Below, in pieces: positions 9,935 to 19,839 of a stretch of 64,000 nt of DNA. A program made the position numbers and the translations under genes. Below the pieces are notes generated by a model. That model was not told the DNA's origin, searched no databases, and worked only from the letters and a program-made list of their open reading frames with translations. The stretch covers positions 21,595 through 85,594 of the forward strand of contig DAONFW010000001.1 of assembly GCA_035403785.1 (NCBI GenBank), given 5' to 3'. How positions within the stretch are numbered: position 1 is the stretch's first letter; each line of letters begins with the position of its first letter. The DNA is from Minisyncoccota bacterium (GTDB lineage: Bacteria > Patescibacteriota > Minisyncoccia > Phycocordibacterales > UBA9973).

Positions 9935-10503
9935 TTAAATAAACTTTCTGATAAAGAAACTTTTTTGCCATCTCCCCAAGAAACTGTTGATGTTATTTTT
10001 GTCTCACCATCAATTATTTTTTCTGTATGCAAAGAGCGTACAAAAATTGTTTCTTGATCTCCTGACCCAGCTGAATTATATTTACCAGTACTAGAATCGT
10101 ATTTAAGATTAGGGCACCCGTCAGTAGGACAAGTTTTTAAAAAAATGTAATTTATTGGCATAGATGGATTAGTAAAATCTAAATTTTCATCATTAAAAAA
10201 ACATTCTTTTCCGGGACCACAATAAGTGAACATTTTAGTATTAAAATCACTCCAACCATCATTAGCTGTAGTTGAATAAAGAACATAAGTATCTCTCATA
10301 TTTCTCATATACTCAATTCCTTCTTGCGCTAAAAATGTCGCAGTCATTTTTTTTCTTGCTTCCATTGTATTAGTTAAACCACTAGACAAAACAGCCATAA
10401 TTCCCAAAATAGATATAGAAAAAATAGAAAGCGCAACCAAAGTTTCAATCAAAGTAAAGCCTCTTTCGTTCTTTGTATTTTTTTGTTTTAAAAATTTTTT
10501 CAT
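9922..10503 (-). CDS. Type IV minor pilin / pseudopilin (prepilin N-terminus)
   Basis: The N-terminus RGFTLIETLVALSIFSI matches the class III signal G/FTLIE. Confidence 0.75.
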   Translation of the reverse strand: MKKFLKQKNTKNERGFTLIETLVALSIFSISILGIMAVLSSGLTNTMEARKKMTATFLAQEGIEYMRNMRDTYVLYSTTANDGWSDFNTKMFTYCGPGKECFFNDENLDFTNPSMPINYIFLKTCPTDGCPNLKYDSSTGKYNSAGSGDQETIFVRSLHTEKIIDGETKITSTVSWGDGKKVSLSESLFNWTQ

Positions 10504-10518
10504 TTTAAATTAAATTAA

Positions 10519-11253
10519 TTAACGCAAAGTTGCCGACTCTCTAGCCGATTGTTCTAATGTGCTTGCTTCTAGAGGCAAGACTGGTTCAGAAACTACAAAC
10601 TCTCCCGGCTCGGCCACTGGCGTAATTGGGGTTACTGGAATTATTGTCGGATTTGTTTCAATATCAATTAATCTTTGCGACACTGCAGTTTCAATAGAAA
10701 ATGGAATATCCCTTACACTTCCAACTAACCTGATAATTACCAACGGCTGCTGTTTATCATCAGATGGCGGCTCGGCTCCCAACACAGAAAAGCCCGAAGC
10801 TTGTTCACCCAACACAACCTCATCTGGCGTCATTTGAACAGCAAAGTTATCGACTCCCGAATAAGAAGGTCCTGTACTTTTATAAAGTTTGTTTTCACTT
10901 ATAAAATAAACCCATTGATCTTTTCCATTTCCTTTTGTACCAGTAGAGGATTCGAAGGAAATACCTAAGCCATCTTTGCAACTTTTTGTTTTTTCATCTT
11001 GAATAGAATAAAAATCAGTTCCTTCTGTAATACAAAAATATGACGATCCAACTCTGATATTTTTTGACATATCATCCAAAGCAAAAGTTAAACTATCATA
11101 AAGTGAACGCATGCTTTGAGATTTTTTTTGCACAAAGTTTGCATTTAACAAAGACTGCATTCCAAAAACAACAACCACCAAAAAAATAGCAATCGCAATC
11201 ATCATTTCTATGATAGTAAAACCTCTTATTTTTTTTACATTCTCTTTTTTCAT
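10519..11253 (-). CDS. Type IV minor pilin / pseudopilin
   Basis: N-terminus RGFTIIEMMIAIAIFLV. Confidence 0.75.
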   Translation of the reverse strand: MKKENVKKIRGFTIIEMMIAIAIFLVVVVFGMQSLLNANFVQKKSQSMRSLYDSLTFALDDMSKNIRVGSSYFCITEGTDFYSIQDEKTKSCKDGLGISFESSTGTKGNGKDQWVYFISENKLYKSTGPSYSGVDNFAVQMTPDEVVLGEQASGFSVLGAEPPSDDKQQPLVIIRLVGSVRDIPFSIETAVSQRLIDIETNPTIIPVTPITPVAEPGEFVVSEPVLPLEASTLEQSARESATLR

Positions 11254-11266
11254 TTATTATTTTATC

Positions 11267-11854
11267 TTATTTTATTTCAATTCTTCCTGTTGGATAAATA
11301 TCTATATGTGAAACTGCAGAATGATCAGCTGAGGAAACATAAATATCAACAAAAGAAAAACCGGAACAACTTCCATTCGAAGACGTAGAAACAAAAGCAG
11401 TAGAATCCGGACGTTCAAAGACAACATTTACATCATTTGTCTGACCAGAGCAACTCCCCCCGTTTATATTTATATCTTTAATAAAACTCTGTTTGGTTAT
11501 TTTTATGACATCTAACCCTTCTCCTGATTCATAGCTTTTATTATCATTAAAATCCGCAAAAGGAATAAATTGCTGGTTATCTGATAAACTAAAATAAACA
11601 CCGTAAGCTGGTTTATCGTCAAACGAACCGAGAGTTGATAATTTTCCAGCCATAGCGCTTTTCTGAGCATCCACAATTTGCAACGCTATATCGTTTGCTA
11701 GATTTTTTATTTCAACTTTTGCCTCAAATTTTCTATAGTCAAACAAACTAATTGCTGACATGATAGAAAAAATACTCAAAACTACAATGAGCTCAACATA
11801 AGTCATGCCCTTTCTGAATTTCGCTTTTTTAAATTTTTTAAAATTAAAACTCAT
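11267..11854 (-). CDS. Type IV minor pilin / pseudopilin
   Basis: N-terminus KGMTYVELIVVLSIFSI. Confidence 0.7.
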   Translation of the reverse strand: MSFNFKKFKKAKFRKGMTYVELIVVLSIFSIMSAISLFDYRKFEAKVEIKNLANDIALQIVDAQKSAMAGKLSTLGSFDDKPAYGVYFSLSDNQQFIPFADFNDNKSYESGEGLDVIKITKQSFIKDININGGSCSGQTNDVNVVFERPDSTAFVSTSSNGSCSGFSFVDIYVSSADHSAVSHIDIYPTGRIEIK

Positions 11855-11862
11855 TTTTTAAA

Positions 11863-12657
11863 TTAAAAATTCAAAGGAAAAAGATGCAATTCAAAAAGAA
11901 ATGCCAAAACTGAACCGAGTACTAGAAATGGCGCAAATGGAATTTCGCTTTTTGCAGTATATTTCTTTTTTGAAAAAATCATTAAAACAACACCAAAAAT
12001 TGCTCCAATCCAAAATGCTAGAACAACGCCACTCAAAGCTCTAGACAAACCAAGCATCCAGCCAATTCCAACCATTAATTTTGCATCTCCAAGCCCCATC
12101 CATTTTCCTTTTGAAACTAACCAAAAAATTGCGAACGGAGCAGCCACTATAATTCCTGACAAAAATTCCCAAACAGAAGGAATATGCGGATAAAAACCAA
12201 AACCAGCAAACAAGAATAATCCAATAAAAGATAAAATAGCCAAAACCAAAACCAAAGAATCTGGAATTATTTTATGACGCAAATCGTATACAGCGATTAC
12301 CATCAAAAGAGAAAACATCGTTGCATAAAAAGCCATCGTGATTGAAAAAGCGCCAGTACTCAAAAAAAATAAATTTTCAAATTTCAAAAACAAACCGGCA
12401 AAAAATAGTCCTGTTAGAAATTCAACAATCGGATACTGTTTGGAAATTCTAGTTTTACAGCCAGCGCATCTTCCCTTCAAATACAAAAAACTAAAAACCG
12501 GAATCAATTCATGCCAGTTTAATTTTTTGCCACAAGTCATACACTTACTCCTTCCCCCAAAAGACTTGTGTGTATTTAGTCTAAAGATTACAACATTCAA
12601 AAAACTTCCAATAATAAGACCAAAAATAAAGAAAAATATGGTGATAGCTAATGTCAT
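11863..12657 (-). CDS. pilD: Prepilin peptidase / N-methyltransferase PilD (A24 family)
   Basis: N-terminal TM, zinc-binding CMTCGKK...CAGCK tetracysteine, polytopic body, GxGDxKL motif (GLGDAKLM). Confidence 0.85.
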   Translation of the reverse strand: MTLAITIFFFIFGLIIGSFLNVVIFRLNTHKSFGGRSKCMTCGKKLNWHELIPVFSFLYLKGRCAGCKTRISKQYPIVEFLTGLFFAGLFLKFENLFFLSTGAFSITMAFYATMFSLLMVIAVYDLRHKIIPDSLVLVLAILSFIGLFLFAGFGFYPHIPSVWEFLSGIIVAAPFAIFWLVSKGKWMGLGDAKLMVGIGWMLGLSRALSGVVLAFWIGAIFGVVLMIFSKKKYTAKSEIPFAPFLVLGSVLAFLFELHLFPLNF

Positions 12658-12679
12658 AAATTATTTTGTTAAATTAATC

Positions 12680-12719
12680 CCGACGCTTTCAGGTCGGGAC
12701 TCCGACTTTACGTCGGGGT
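12680..12719 (-). promoter_or_regulatory. Tandem GC-rich hairpins in the pilD leader (cccgac-N8-gtcggg; ccgac-N5-gtcgg)
   Basis: Two adjacent stem-loops with near-identical stems, about 20 nt upstream of the pilD start codon, within a 70% AT context. Confidence 0.35.
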
Positions 12720-12850
12720 TAATAAACTCTATATATTATATCATCCCGTACGAAAATTACTATCAAGTATGCGGTAATAAAATTAATATAATTAACTGAG
12801 ACAAAAATACCAACTATAACCAAAATATATTTTTGTTCGGGATCACATAA

Positions 12851-12890
12851 GCCCAAAACAAAAACCACCCAATTTGATTGGATGGTTTTT
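12851..12890 (-). terminator. Rho-independent terminator downstream of pilA
   Basis: Hairpin ccacccaat-ttgat-tggatgg (one G-U pair). An A-run on the plus strand gives a T-run on the minus strand. It lies 20 bp past the pilA stop. Confidence 0.6.
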
Positions 12891-12910
12891 GAATAAGTTT
12901 TTTAATACAA

Positions 12911-13309
12911 TTAACAACTTTCACCAGTTTGAGACGTGAACTCTGCTCCACTAGGGGTAATAGTAACTGTACCACATTTTTCAGCAACCCCTGCATTAGC
13001 TGGTGAAGCCGTAAATGCCCAATCTCCACTTCCCGTAGCACCACAAATTTCAGGTTGACTTCCATCATGATTTGCTACCCAAGCTGCACCGGTCAAATTA
13101 TTTGTGTTTGCTGGCAATGTCAAAGCTCCATCATCACATTGAGAAATGAAACCTGGGGCAACTCCTGAAGCTTCTGCTTTAAATGCAGCAACTTGTGCCT
13201 TTCCTCTTGCACTATTAAGTGATGCCAAAACAACTGATGACAAAATTCCGATGATTGCGATAACAACCAACAATTCAATTAATGTAAAACCTTTTTTTGA
13301 ATTTTTCAT
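12911..13309 (-). CDS. pilA: Type IV major pilin PilA
   Basis: KKGFTLIELLVVIAIIGILSSVVLASL prepilin signature. Length 132 aa. C-terminal Cys pair. Confidence 0.9.
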   Translation of the reverse strand: MKNSKKGFTLIELLVVIAIIGILSSVVLASLNSARGKAQVAAFKAEASGVAPGFISQCDDGALTLPANTNNLTGAAWVANHDGSQPEICGATGSGDWAFTASPANAGVAEKCGTVTITPSGAEFTSQTGESC

Positions 13310-13445
13310 TTATTTTTTTCTCGTTAAACGAGATTTTTATTATTAATAATTTATAATTTTTATCTGCATATTTCTCGGCAGATATCGACTTATTTTTACT
13401 GTTTCTATTATATCATAGCTACAAATATAAACTGTGGAAATCTTT

Positions 13446-14651
13446 TTAAGCTATTCCACCAGCAATATTGTAAATAGGCATCAAGATAGAAACCAAAAGA
13501 ATACCAACGCCGACACCAAGGAAAATAATCATGAACGGCTCGATCAAACCAACCAAAGTGTCTACAGCGCCATCTACTTCTCTTTTATAGAAATCTCCCA
13601 TTGTTTTCAAAATAGAACCAAGAGAACCTGTTTCTTCTCCTACTTTTACCATCTGAGTCATCATATTTGGTATTTCTGGATGTTTTTCTAATGCAGCAGA
13701 AAAAGAAAGTCCCGACTTAACTCCTTCGGCTGTATCTTTCAAAACTCTTTGGAACACTTTGTTCCCTACAACTTCTCCTGTGATATCAATAGCGCGAACA
13801 ATCGGAATACCTGAAGTGAGCATTGTGTCCATGTTGTCAGCCATTCGAGACAAATAAAGTTTTTGGTACAAATCTCCAATTGCCGGCAAACTGAGTTTCA
13901 TTTTATCTAAATATTCTTTGCCTCTTTCTGTTGCAGAAAGTCTCCAAAGCCAAATTCCACCTAATGCCAAGAAAATTACAATGATAAATCCGTAATTCAT
14001 AAAGAAATTAGAAAGGCCGATTATCAGCTTAGTAAAGAACGGCACAGCTTGTCCTGACTCATTAATGATTGCGGACATTTTTGGTATAACCACAACGAAC
14101 ATTAAAATCATAACAGCGATAAAAGTGAAAATAACAAATATTGGATAGATCAAAGCATTTCTAGTTTTTGAAGTTAAGGCATACTGTCTGTCCAAATAAT
14201 CTGCTAAGTGATTAAAAGTTTGATTTAACTTTCCTGTCTCTTCTCCAGCTTTTACTAAGTTTACATAAAAATCAGAAAAAACGTCTGGGTGTTTTGACAA
14301 AGCACCAGAAATAGAAACTCCAGCCTGCAAATCATCGCTAATTTGAGTTAATTTTCTTTTTAAAATTTTATTTTCTGTATTTGCAGCAAGTAAAGTAAAA
14401 GCCTTTAATGCAGACACTTGCGCTTCGAACAAAGTAGCAATCTGCCTAGACAAAACTACAACATCTTTCGTTTTTACTTTTCCAAATAAAGATTTTTTAA
14501 ATATCGGCGTTTTTTCTCCTTCTTCTTTTATTCCAACAACAATCAAGCCTCTTCCCTGCAGACCACTTATCGCAACGTCTCTACTTGGAGCGTCTATTTG
14601 TCCCTCTCTATTTATTCCTTTTTCATCTACTGCTTTATATTTGAATAACAT
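13446..14651 (-). CDS. pilC: Type IV pilus platform protein PilC (GspF family)
   Basis: Two T2SS-F repeats in a 401-aa polytopic protein. Confidence 0.85.
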   Translation of the reverse strand: MLFKYKAVDEKGINREGQIDAPSRDVAISGLQGRGLIVVGIKEEGEKTPIFKKSLFGKVKTKDVVVLSRQIATLFEAQVSALKAFTLLAANTENKILKRKLTQISDDLQAGVSISGALSKHPDVFSDFYVNLVKAGEETGKLNQTFNHLADYLDRQYALTSKTRNALIYPIFVIFTFIAVMILMFVVVIPKMSAIINESGQAVPFFTKLIIGLSNFFMNYGFIIVIFLALGGIWLWRLSATERGKEYLDKMKLSLPAIGDLYQKLYLSRMADNMDTMLTSGIPIVRAIDITGEVVGNKVFQRVLKDTAEGVKSGLSFSAALEKHPEIPNMMTQMVKVGEETGSLGSILKTMGDFYKREVDGAVDTLVGLIEPFMIIFLGVGVGILLVSILMPIYNIAGGIA

Positions 14652-14657
14652 ATTTTT

Positions 14658-15716
14658 TTACATCATTCTTTCTAATCCTTTTGGATTGAGAGAATACTGA
14701 TAAGCGCTTTCAATAGTAATTTCCCCTGCTCTAACTAACTCCATGAGAGATCTGTTCAAGTCTATCATTCCAGATTCTGTACCAGTTTCTATCACTACAT
14801 CAATTTCATGAGTCCTTTTTTCACGAATCAAGTTTGCTACAGCATTATTATTTAGTAGAAGCTCATATGCTGGAATAAGGCCACCCCCAATTTTTGGAAC
14901 AAGTCTTTGTGAAAAAATTCCCAGCAAACTGGATGCCAACTGAACTCTAATTTGGTCTTGCTGTTCACCCGGAAAAGAATCGATAATTCTGTCGATTGTT
15001 TGAGAAGCATTATTTGTATGCAAAGTTGAAAGCACTAAGTGTCCAGTTTCAGCCGCAGTAACCGCAGCGGAAATTGTTTCTGGATTTCGCATTTCACCGA
15101 TCATGATTACGTTCATGTCTTCACGAAAAGCCGATTTGAGCGCAACGTGAAAATCTTTTGTATCTATTCCAACTTCTCTTTGGTCAATTATAGATTTCTT
15201 CGGTTCATAAACGTGCTCAATAGGATCTTCTATAGTAACAATATGTCTTGTCTGTTCTTCGTTTATCAAATTTATCATTGAAGACAAGGTAGTAGATTTT
15301 CCTTGTCCTACTGGACCTACGCACAAAAAGAATCCTTGCTTCTTCCTAGCCAAATCAGCAATAATGTTTGGTAAATGCAATTCAGATAGTGGCCTTACTT
15401 TTGGCACCAATCTCAAAGCAATACTAATCAAACCTTTTTGGAAAAAAGCATTTCCTCTCAATCTTGCTTCTCCTCTAAAATCATAAGAAAAATCTAATTC
15501 TTGGTCTTCTAAAAATTTATTTAACTTTTTCTCATCTAAAATTTCTTTCAAAATACCCAACATGTCTTCTTTTGAAAAGATTGGATGCTTTACCAAAAAA
15601 ATAAGTTCACCCGAAACACGAATAGCTGGATTTCTCCCAGCACCGATATGCAAATCAGACCCACCTTCCCTGATGACTGTTAAAATTAATTCTTCGAGTT
15701 CTTTTTTGTAGTCCAT
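14658..15716 (-). CDS. pilT: Twitching motility / retraction ATPase PilT
   Basis: Walker A GPVGQGKSTT. Length 352 aa. No N-terminal GspII domain. Confidence 0.85.
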   Translation of the reverse strand: MDYKKELEELILTVIREGGSDLHIGAGRNPAIRVSGELIFLVKHPIFSKEDMLGILKEILDEKKLNKFLEDQELDFSYDFRGEARLRGNAFFQKGLISIALRLVPKVRPLSELHLPNIIADLARKKQGFFLCVGPVGQGKSTTLSSMINLINEEQTRHIVTIEDPIEHVYEPKKSIIDQREVGIDTKDFHVALKSAFREDMNVIMIGEMRNPETISAAVTAAETGHLVLSTLHTNNASQTIDRIIDSFPGEQQDQIRVQLASSLLGIFSQRLVPKIGGGLIPAYELLLNNNAVANLIREKRTHEIDVVIETGTESGMIDLNRSLMELVRAGEITIESAYQYSLNPKGLERMM

Positions 15717-15795
15717 CCCGTTAGAAATTTATATTAATTAATAATTACTAAACTAGTATACCCCCGTTTTCAATCTTTTTGTTATTTCTAACGGG
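15717..15795 (-). promoter_or_regulatory. 12-bp long-range inverted repeat in the pilT leader (cccgttagaaat ... atttctaacggg) that includes the bases immediately 5' of the start codon
   Basis: Seen in sequence. The arm at 15717..15728 directly abuts the pilT ATG (minus strand). The arm at 15784..15795 lies 57 nt upstream. Confidence 0.4.
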
Positions 15796-15805
15796 ATACA
15801 TTTTT

Positions 15806-16198
15806 TTATTTGTGTTTTTCTTCAAAAATTTTAATAACTTGAGCAATAACTTCAACTGGTGTTGAATTTGCCTTCACTATATAACCAGAAGCCCCTAACT
15901 TTATTCCCTCTTCTATATCAGAATGCTGACCTTTATTTGAAAGAATTACCCTAACAGAATTTACTGCTAAATTTCCTTCATTTATTTTCTTTAACATTTC
16001 AAAACCATCCATTCCCGGCATGATAATGTCTGTCAAAAGGATATCTGGCGAAAGGCCACCTTTTAACCTTTCCAAGGCTTGTTCCGCGCCTGAAGCAGTA
16101 TGAACTTCAAATCCGTTCTGGCTGAACTTCAACGCATACATATCTAAAAGAAAAGTATCATCATCAACTATTAAAATTTTTCTTTTTTCTCCTTCCAT
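15806..16198 (-). CDS. Single-domain response regulator (CheY-like receiver), PilH-like
   Basis: ILIVDDD...DIIMPGMDGFEMLKKI. A conserved Lys is present. There is no output domain. Confidence 0.8.
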   Translation of the reverse strand: MEGEKRKILIVDDDTFLLDMYALKFSQNGFEVHTASGAEQALERLKGGLSPDILLTDIIMPGMDGFEMLKKINEGNLAVNSVRVILSNKGQHSDIEEGIKLGASGYIVKANSTPVEVIAQVIKIFEEKHK

Positions 16199-16245
16199 AT
16201 TTTTATTATACTACTTAAAAAAACCTTTGTTAATTAGTAAAAATA

Positions 16246-18000
16246 TTATTCATTTTCATTGGTAAAATTGTATACTTCTCTAGTTGGAATTATTCCGTTA
16301 ACTGCTTTCAGTATTGCATCTTCACGCATCGTGAGCATTCCTTTCTTTCTTGCAACTTTGTAAATTTCAGAATCAGTTGGATTCTTCAAAATTGTATCTT
16401 GCATCTCTTTATCTATCTTAAACATTTCAAAAACAGCAATACGGCCACTGGTACCACTTGGATATCCAGCCGAAGGAACTGTTTCGTACATTTCATTTTT
16501 AATTTCAATAGTTTTTCTGTATTCTTCTGGAAGATCTTTGATTTGCTCTTCTATTTGCGCTTTGATACTTGGATCTATCGGAACAAGTTTTCTAGATTCC
16601 GGCACAGTCATTTGTGCCAACCTTTGTGCTACAGACAAAATCAAAGTAGGCGCTATCAAATATGGATCAACACCCATATCTACAAGTCTCGGCACAGCAC
16701 CAATTGCATTGTTAGTATGCAAAGTTGAAAGCACTAAATGTCCAGTCAAAGCGGCTTGAATAGCAAGTTGCGCGGTTTCTTTATCGCGGATTTCTCCTAC
16801 CATGATCACATCTGGATCTTGTCTCAAAATAGAACGCAAACCAGAAGCAAAAGTATAACCAATTTCTGGCATCATCTGTGATTGGTTTATATCCGGCATG
16901 TGATATTCGACAGGATCTTCCAAAGAAACTATGTTCAATTTATCTTTATCCAATTCATTCATCATTGAATAAAGTGTTGTAGATTTTCCGGAACCAGTCG
17001 GACCAGTAATAAGAATTAAACCATATGGTTTCTTTATTGCTTCACGTACCATTTCTAAATTTTTTCCCGAAAGTCCAAGCTGATCGAGTGGCTTAACTCC
17101 TTTTTCTGAATCAAGAATACGCAAAACAACTTTTTCACCATAATAAGCCGGCATCGTAGAAACACGGAAATCTATTTTTCTTCCTTCTACAATATTCGCG
17201 CTAAAAGATCCGTCTTGTGGTTTTCTTTTTTCGTCAAGACGTAACTTTGCAAGAATTTTTATTCTGGCAACTATTCCACTGTGTATGGCTGGCGGCAAAA
17301 CAATAGTAGTATGCAAAATTCCATCAACACGATAACGAACTTTTACATTTTCTCCAGTGTGCTCAATATGAATATCAGAAGCATTTCCTTCAATAGCATT
17401 TCGTAAAATAACAGCAACGATTTTTATAACCGGTGCATCTTCTACAATTTTTTGAGCACCTTCAGCACCAGCTTCTTTGATGTCTTTACTTAAAGCGGAA
17501 GCTTCACTCATGGCTTTTATATCTTCTTCCTCTGCTTTAGCAAATTCGTCTACTGCTTCCCCTACTTCTGTAGACATTCCCTTATAATTTTCTAGTATCT
17601 CATTGTAATTACTTTTAGTAATCAAAAATAATTTAAAAGGCAAACCGGATTTTGCAGAAATAAACTGCAAAGCATCTGTCGCTTGAATATTTTCTGGATT
17701 TAATATACCAACTTCCAAAACACCTTCAGTGTAACCAATCGGTACAAAACCATAATGTTTCGCAGAATCTTCAGGAATATATTTAAAAATATCAAAAGGC
17801 AATCTTTTCGTACTTACTTTCTTAATAGGCATAGAAAAATATTCTCCTTTGATTTCTAGCAGTTTATCTTCTGGCAAACCCAAATCAATTAGAGCTTTGT
17901 CTAAATCTCCTTTGTATTTTTCATTGACGCGATTTTTTATCTCACCAAGCTGGCTTTCGTCAATTAAACCTTTTTGTACTAAATATTCTAAAAAACTCAT
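16246..18000 (-). CDS. pilB: Type IV pilus assembly ATPase PilB (GspE family)
   Basis: N-terminal GspII-like domain, Walker A GPTGSGKSTT, tetracysteine-free C-terminus. Length 584 aa. Confidence 0.85.
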   Translation of the reverse strand: MSFLEYLVQKGLIDESQLGEIKNRVNEKYKGDLDKALIDLGLPEDKLLEIKGEYFSMPIKKVSTKRLPFDIFKYIPEDSAKHYGFVPIGYTEGVLEVGILNPENIQATDALQFISAKSGLPFKLFLITKSNYNEILENYKGMSTEVGEAVDEFAKAEEEDIKAMSEASALSKDIKEAGAEGAQKIVEDAPVIKIVAVILRNAIEGNASDIHIEHTGENVKVRYRVDGILHTTIVLPPAIHSGIVARIKILAKLRLDEKRKPQDGSFSANIVEGRKIDFRVSTMPAYYGEKVVLRILDSEKGVKPLDQLGLSGKNLEMVREAIKKPYGLILITGPTGSGKSTTLYSMMNELDKDKLNIVSLEDPVEYHMPDINQSQMMPEIGYTFASGLRSILRQDPDVIMVGEIRDKETAQLAIQAALTGHLVLSTLHTNNAIGAVPRLVDMGVDPYLIAPTLILSVAQRLAQMTVPESRKLVPIDPSIKAQIEEQIKDLPEEYRKTIEIKNEMYETVPSAGYPSGTSGRIAVFEMFKIDKEMQDTILKNPTDSEIYKVARKKGMLTMREDAILKAVNGIIPTREVYNFTNENE

Positions 18001-18002
18001 AA

Positions 18003-18530
18003 TTAATTATTCGCAGGTGTTGTCGGGGTTGTTGTATTTGTTTGAGTAGTTGAAGTTGGCGCAGTAGAAGCAGAAGAAGTATTGCCGGAATTTTCTACAG
18101 TTGGCATGGTTGGTGTTGCGCTTGGTGTTGTATTCAAATTTGTTTCTGTAGTAGTAGTTGGAACTAAATTATTAGGAGAACTTACTGGTGTAATATCAGT
18201 TCCAAGAGGAGCAAAAGGATTCGGTCTTCCTTCTGTACCATCAGAAACTAATTCTATAGTTGAGTCACGAAGAGATAAGAAAGCTGGATCAGAAAAAATA
18301 GAATCATCAATTTTTATATTTCTGACATTTAGCAAAACAGACAAAAAGTTTTTACTGACATCTTCGTTTTCACTTTGAGTTGTATTTATAGTAGCAGTAG
18401 TTGCAACTGTGCCACCAGTCGTTGAAACCAAAGAAGCTTCTTCTGGGCTCTTTTTGAAAACAAAGAAATATACCAAAACTAGTACCACTAGAATTCCTAC
18501 GAATATTAAAATGTTTTTTATCTTTGCCAT
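18003..18530 (-). CDS. Membrane-anchored Thr/Pro-rich protein (possible PilP-like component)
   Basis: N-terminal TM followed by a low-complexity T/S/P/N-rich tail. It sits between pilO and pilB. Confidence 0.3.
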   Translation of the reverse strand: MAKIKNILIFVGILVVLVLVYFFVFKKSPEEASLVSTTGGTVATTATINTTQSENEDVSKNFLSVLLNVRNIKIDDSIFSDPAFLSLRDSTIELVSDGTEGRPNPFAPLGTDITPVSSPNNLVPTTTTETNLNTTPSATPTMPTVENSGNTSSASTAPTSTTQTNTTTPTTPANN

Positions 18531-18531
18531 A

Positions 18532-19131
18532 TTAATTCTTCAGCCAATAAGTTTTAATTTTAAATGTATATTTGTAATTATTAGATGGTTGTGTTGCTGC
18601 TAATCCTGTTCCTGTTTTAGAAGAAAATTCTACAGAAGAAATATCAACAATTCTTAAATTCTTTTCCAAATCTTTTACAAAGTTTAAGAAATCAAAGTAA
18701 CTTCCCTGTGTAGAAAATTCCAATTCCCAAGTGCCGTATTCTTTATTATTTTCTTCTGCTGTAGCTGTCTTTGCATTTTTCAAAGCTAAAGTAGTATCTT
18801 CTTCTTGGGTTTTTGTGTCATATTTAACATCTTTTAAGACCATACCATATGGGATTGCAAGCTTTTCTATTTCAAGAATCAAACGAATATTATCCACACT
18901 ATCAGGTAACATTCTTTCTAATTTAACTAAATTATTTCTATCAATAGAATTGTACTGCTGAGTTAATTTATCTCTTTCAGCTTCGAGCGATTTGGAATTA
19001 TTAAGAGCTTCGTTATATGAATCTACTTGGTCTTTCAATGCAACGACTTCTTTGTAATATGGATTAGTAAAAAAGAAAAAACCAGCTACTGAGATTCCTA
19101 CTAAAATGATTGGTGATAAAAATCTAAACAT
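18532..19131 (-). CDS. pilO: PilO-like pilus assembly protein
   Basis: N-terminal TM followed by a coiled coil. Its position after pilN is typical. Confidence 0.55.
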   Translation of the reverse strand: MFRFLSPIILVGISVAGFFFFTNPYYKEVVALKDQVDSYNEALNNSKSLEAERDKLTQQYNSIDRNNLVKLERMLPDSVDNIRLILEIEKLAIPYGMVLKDVKYDTKTQEEDTTLALKNAKTATAEENNKEYGTWELEFSTQGSYFDFLNFVKDLEKNLRIVDISSVEFSSKTGTGLAATQPSNNYKYTFKIKTYWLKN

Positions 19132-19145
19132 AAAATTTAAATTAA

Positions 19146-19817
19146 TTAACTTTGCACAGGCATAGTCTGATTGCCTGTATTCTCTTGAGTAGTTCCAGAA
19201 GTTACTTCAGTTTCGCTCAAAAGCATTTGTTTATAATCCACAAAATTTGGGTCGACCGAAAATTCCAAATCGAAAAGCACATTTCCTTTGTCGTCTAATT
19301 TAAGGTTTGAGAAAGTAGGATCAATTATATTTTTATTTTCTGCCAACAAATCAGCCTGGAGCGCAATTGATCTATACCCTATTGCCTGTCCACTCATGAT
19401 AACGTTTATCAATTTAGAATTTTTTTCTGTACCAAATGAGTAATTAAAATCTGTGTAACGAATCGTCTTCATCGTGCTTTCTTGCAAAGTTTCAAAAATT
19501 GGAGAAATCGCGATGTGTTTAGTTAAAATCTGATCAGAAGCTGAAAGTCTTTTTCCTAATACTTGCAATTGATTTATTTTAGCTGGTTCAAAACGTTCTT
19601 GTGCCAAAGCTAAATTGGCAGACATTTCTGTAATATTTTTTTGCAACATGCTTTTGTACAAATACAAACCGCCCGTTGCTAGAACAACTGCTAAAAATAT
19701 AAAAATAGAAATCAAAGTTAAAATACTAACCGGTCTTCTTGGGCGCGCAGTTTCTGTCCGCTCTTCTGTTACGATCGGTTTTTTAGGTATGAATGATGTT
19801 TGAAAATTTTGTTCCAT
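19146..19817 (-). CDS. pilN: PilN-like pilus assembly protein
   Basis: Short cytoplasmic N-terminus, single TM, then coiled coil. It immediately follows pilM. Confidence 0.55.
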   Translation of the reverse strand: MEQNFQTSFIPKKPIVTEERTETARPRRPVSILTLISIFIFLAVVLATGGLYLYKSMLQKNITEMSANLALAQERFEPAKINQLQVLGKRLSASDQILTKHIAISPIFETLQESTMKTIRYTDFNYSFGTEKNSKLINVIMSGQAIGYRSIALQADLLAENKNIIDPTFSNLKLDDKGNVLFDLEFSVDPNFVDYKQMLLSETEVTSGTTQENTGNQTMPVQS

Positions 19818-19839
19818 ACTTCTACTTCTATTATCTCAT

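Noticed and set aside
12338-12799. 153-aa plus-strand ORF overlapping pilD antisense
   Set aside because: It is antisense to a well-supported pilD gene and its hydrophobic or lysine-rich composition is consistent with a shadow ORF.
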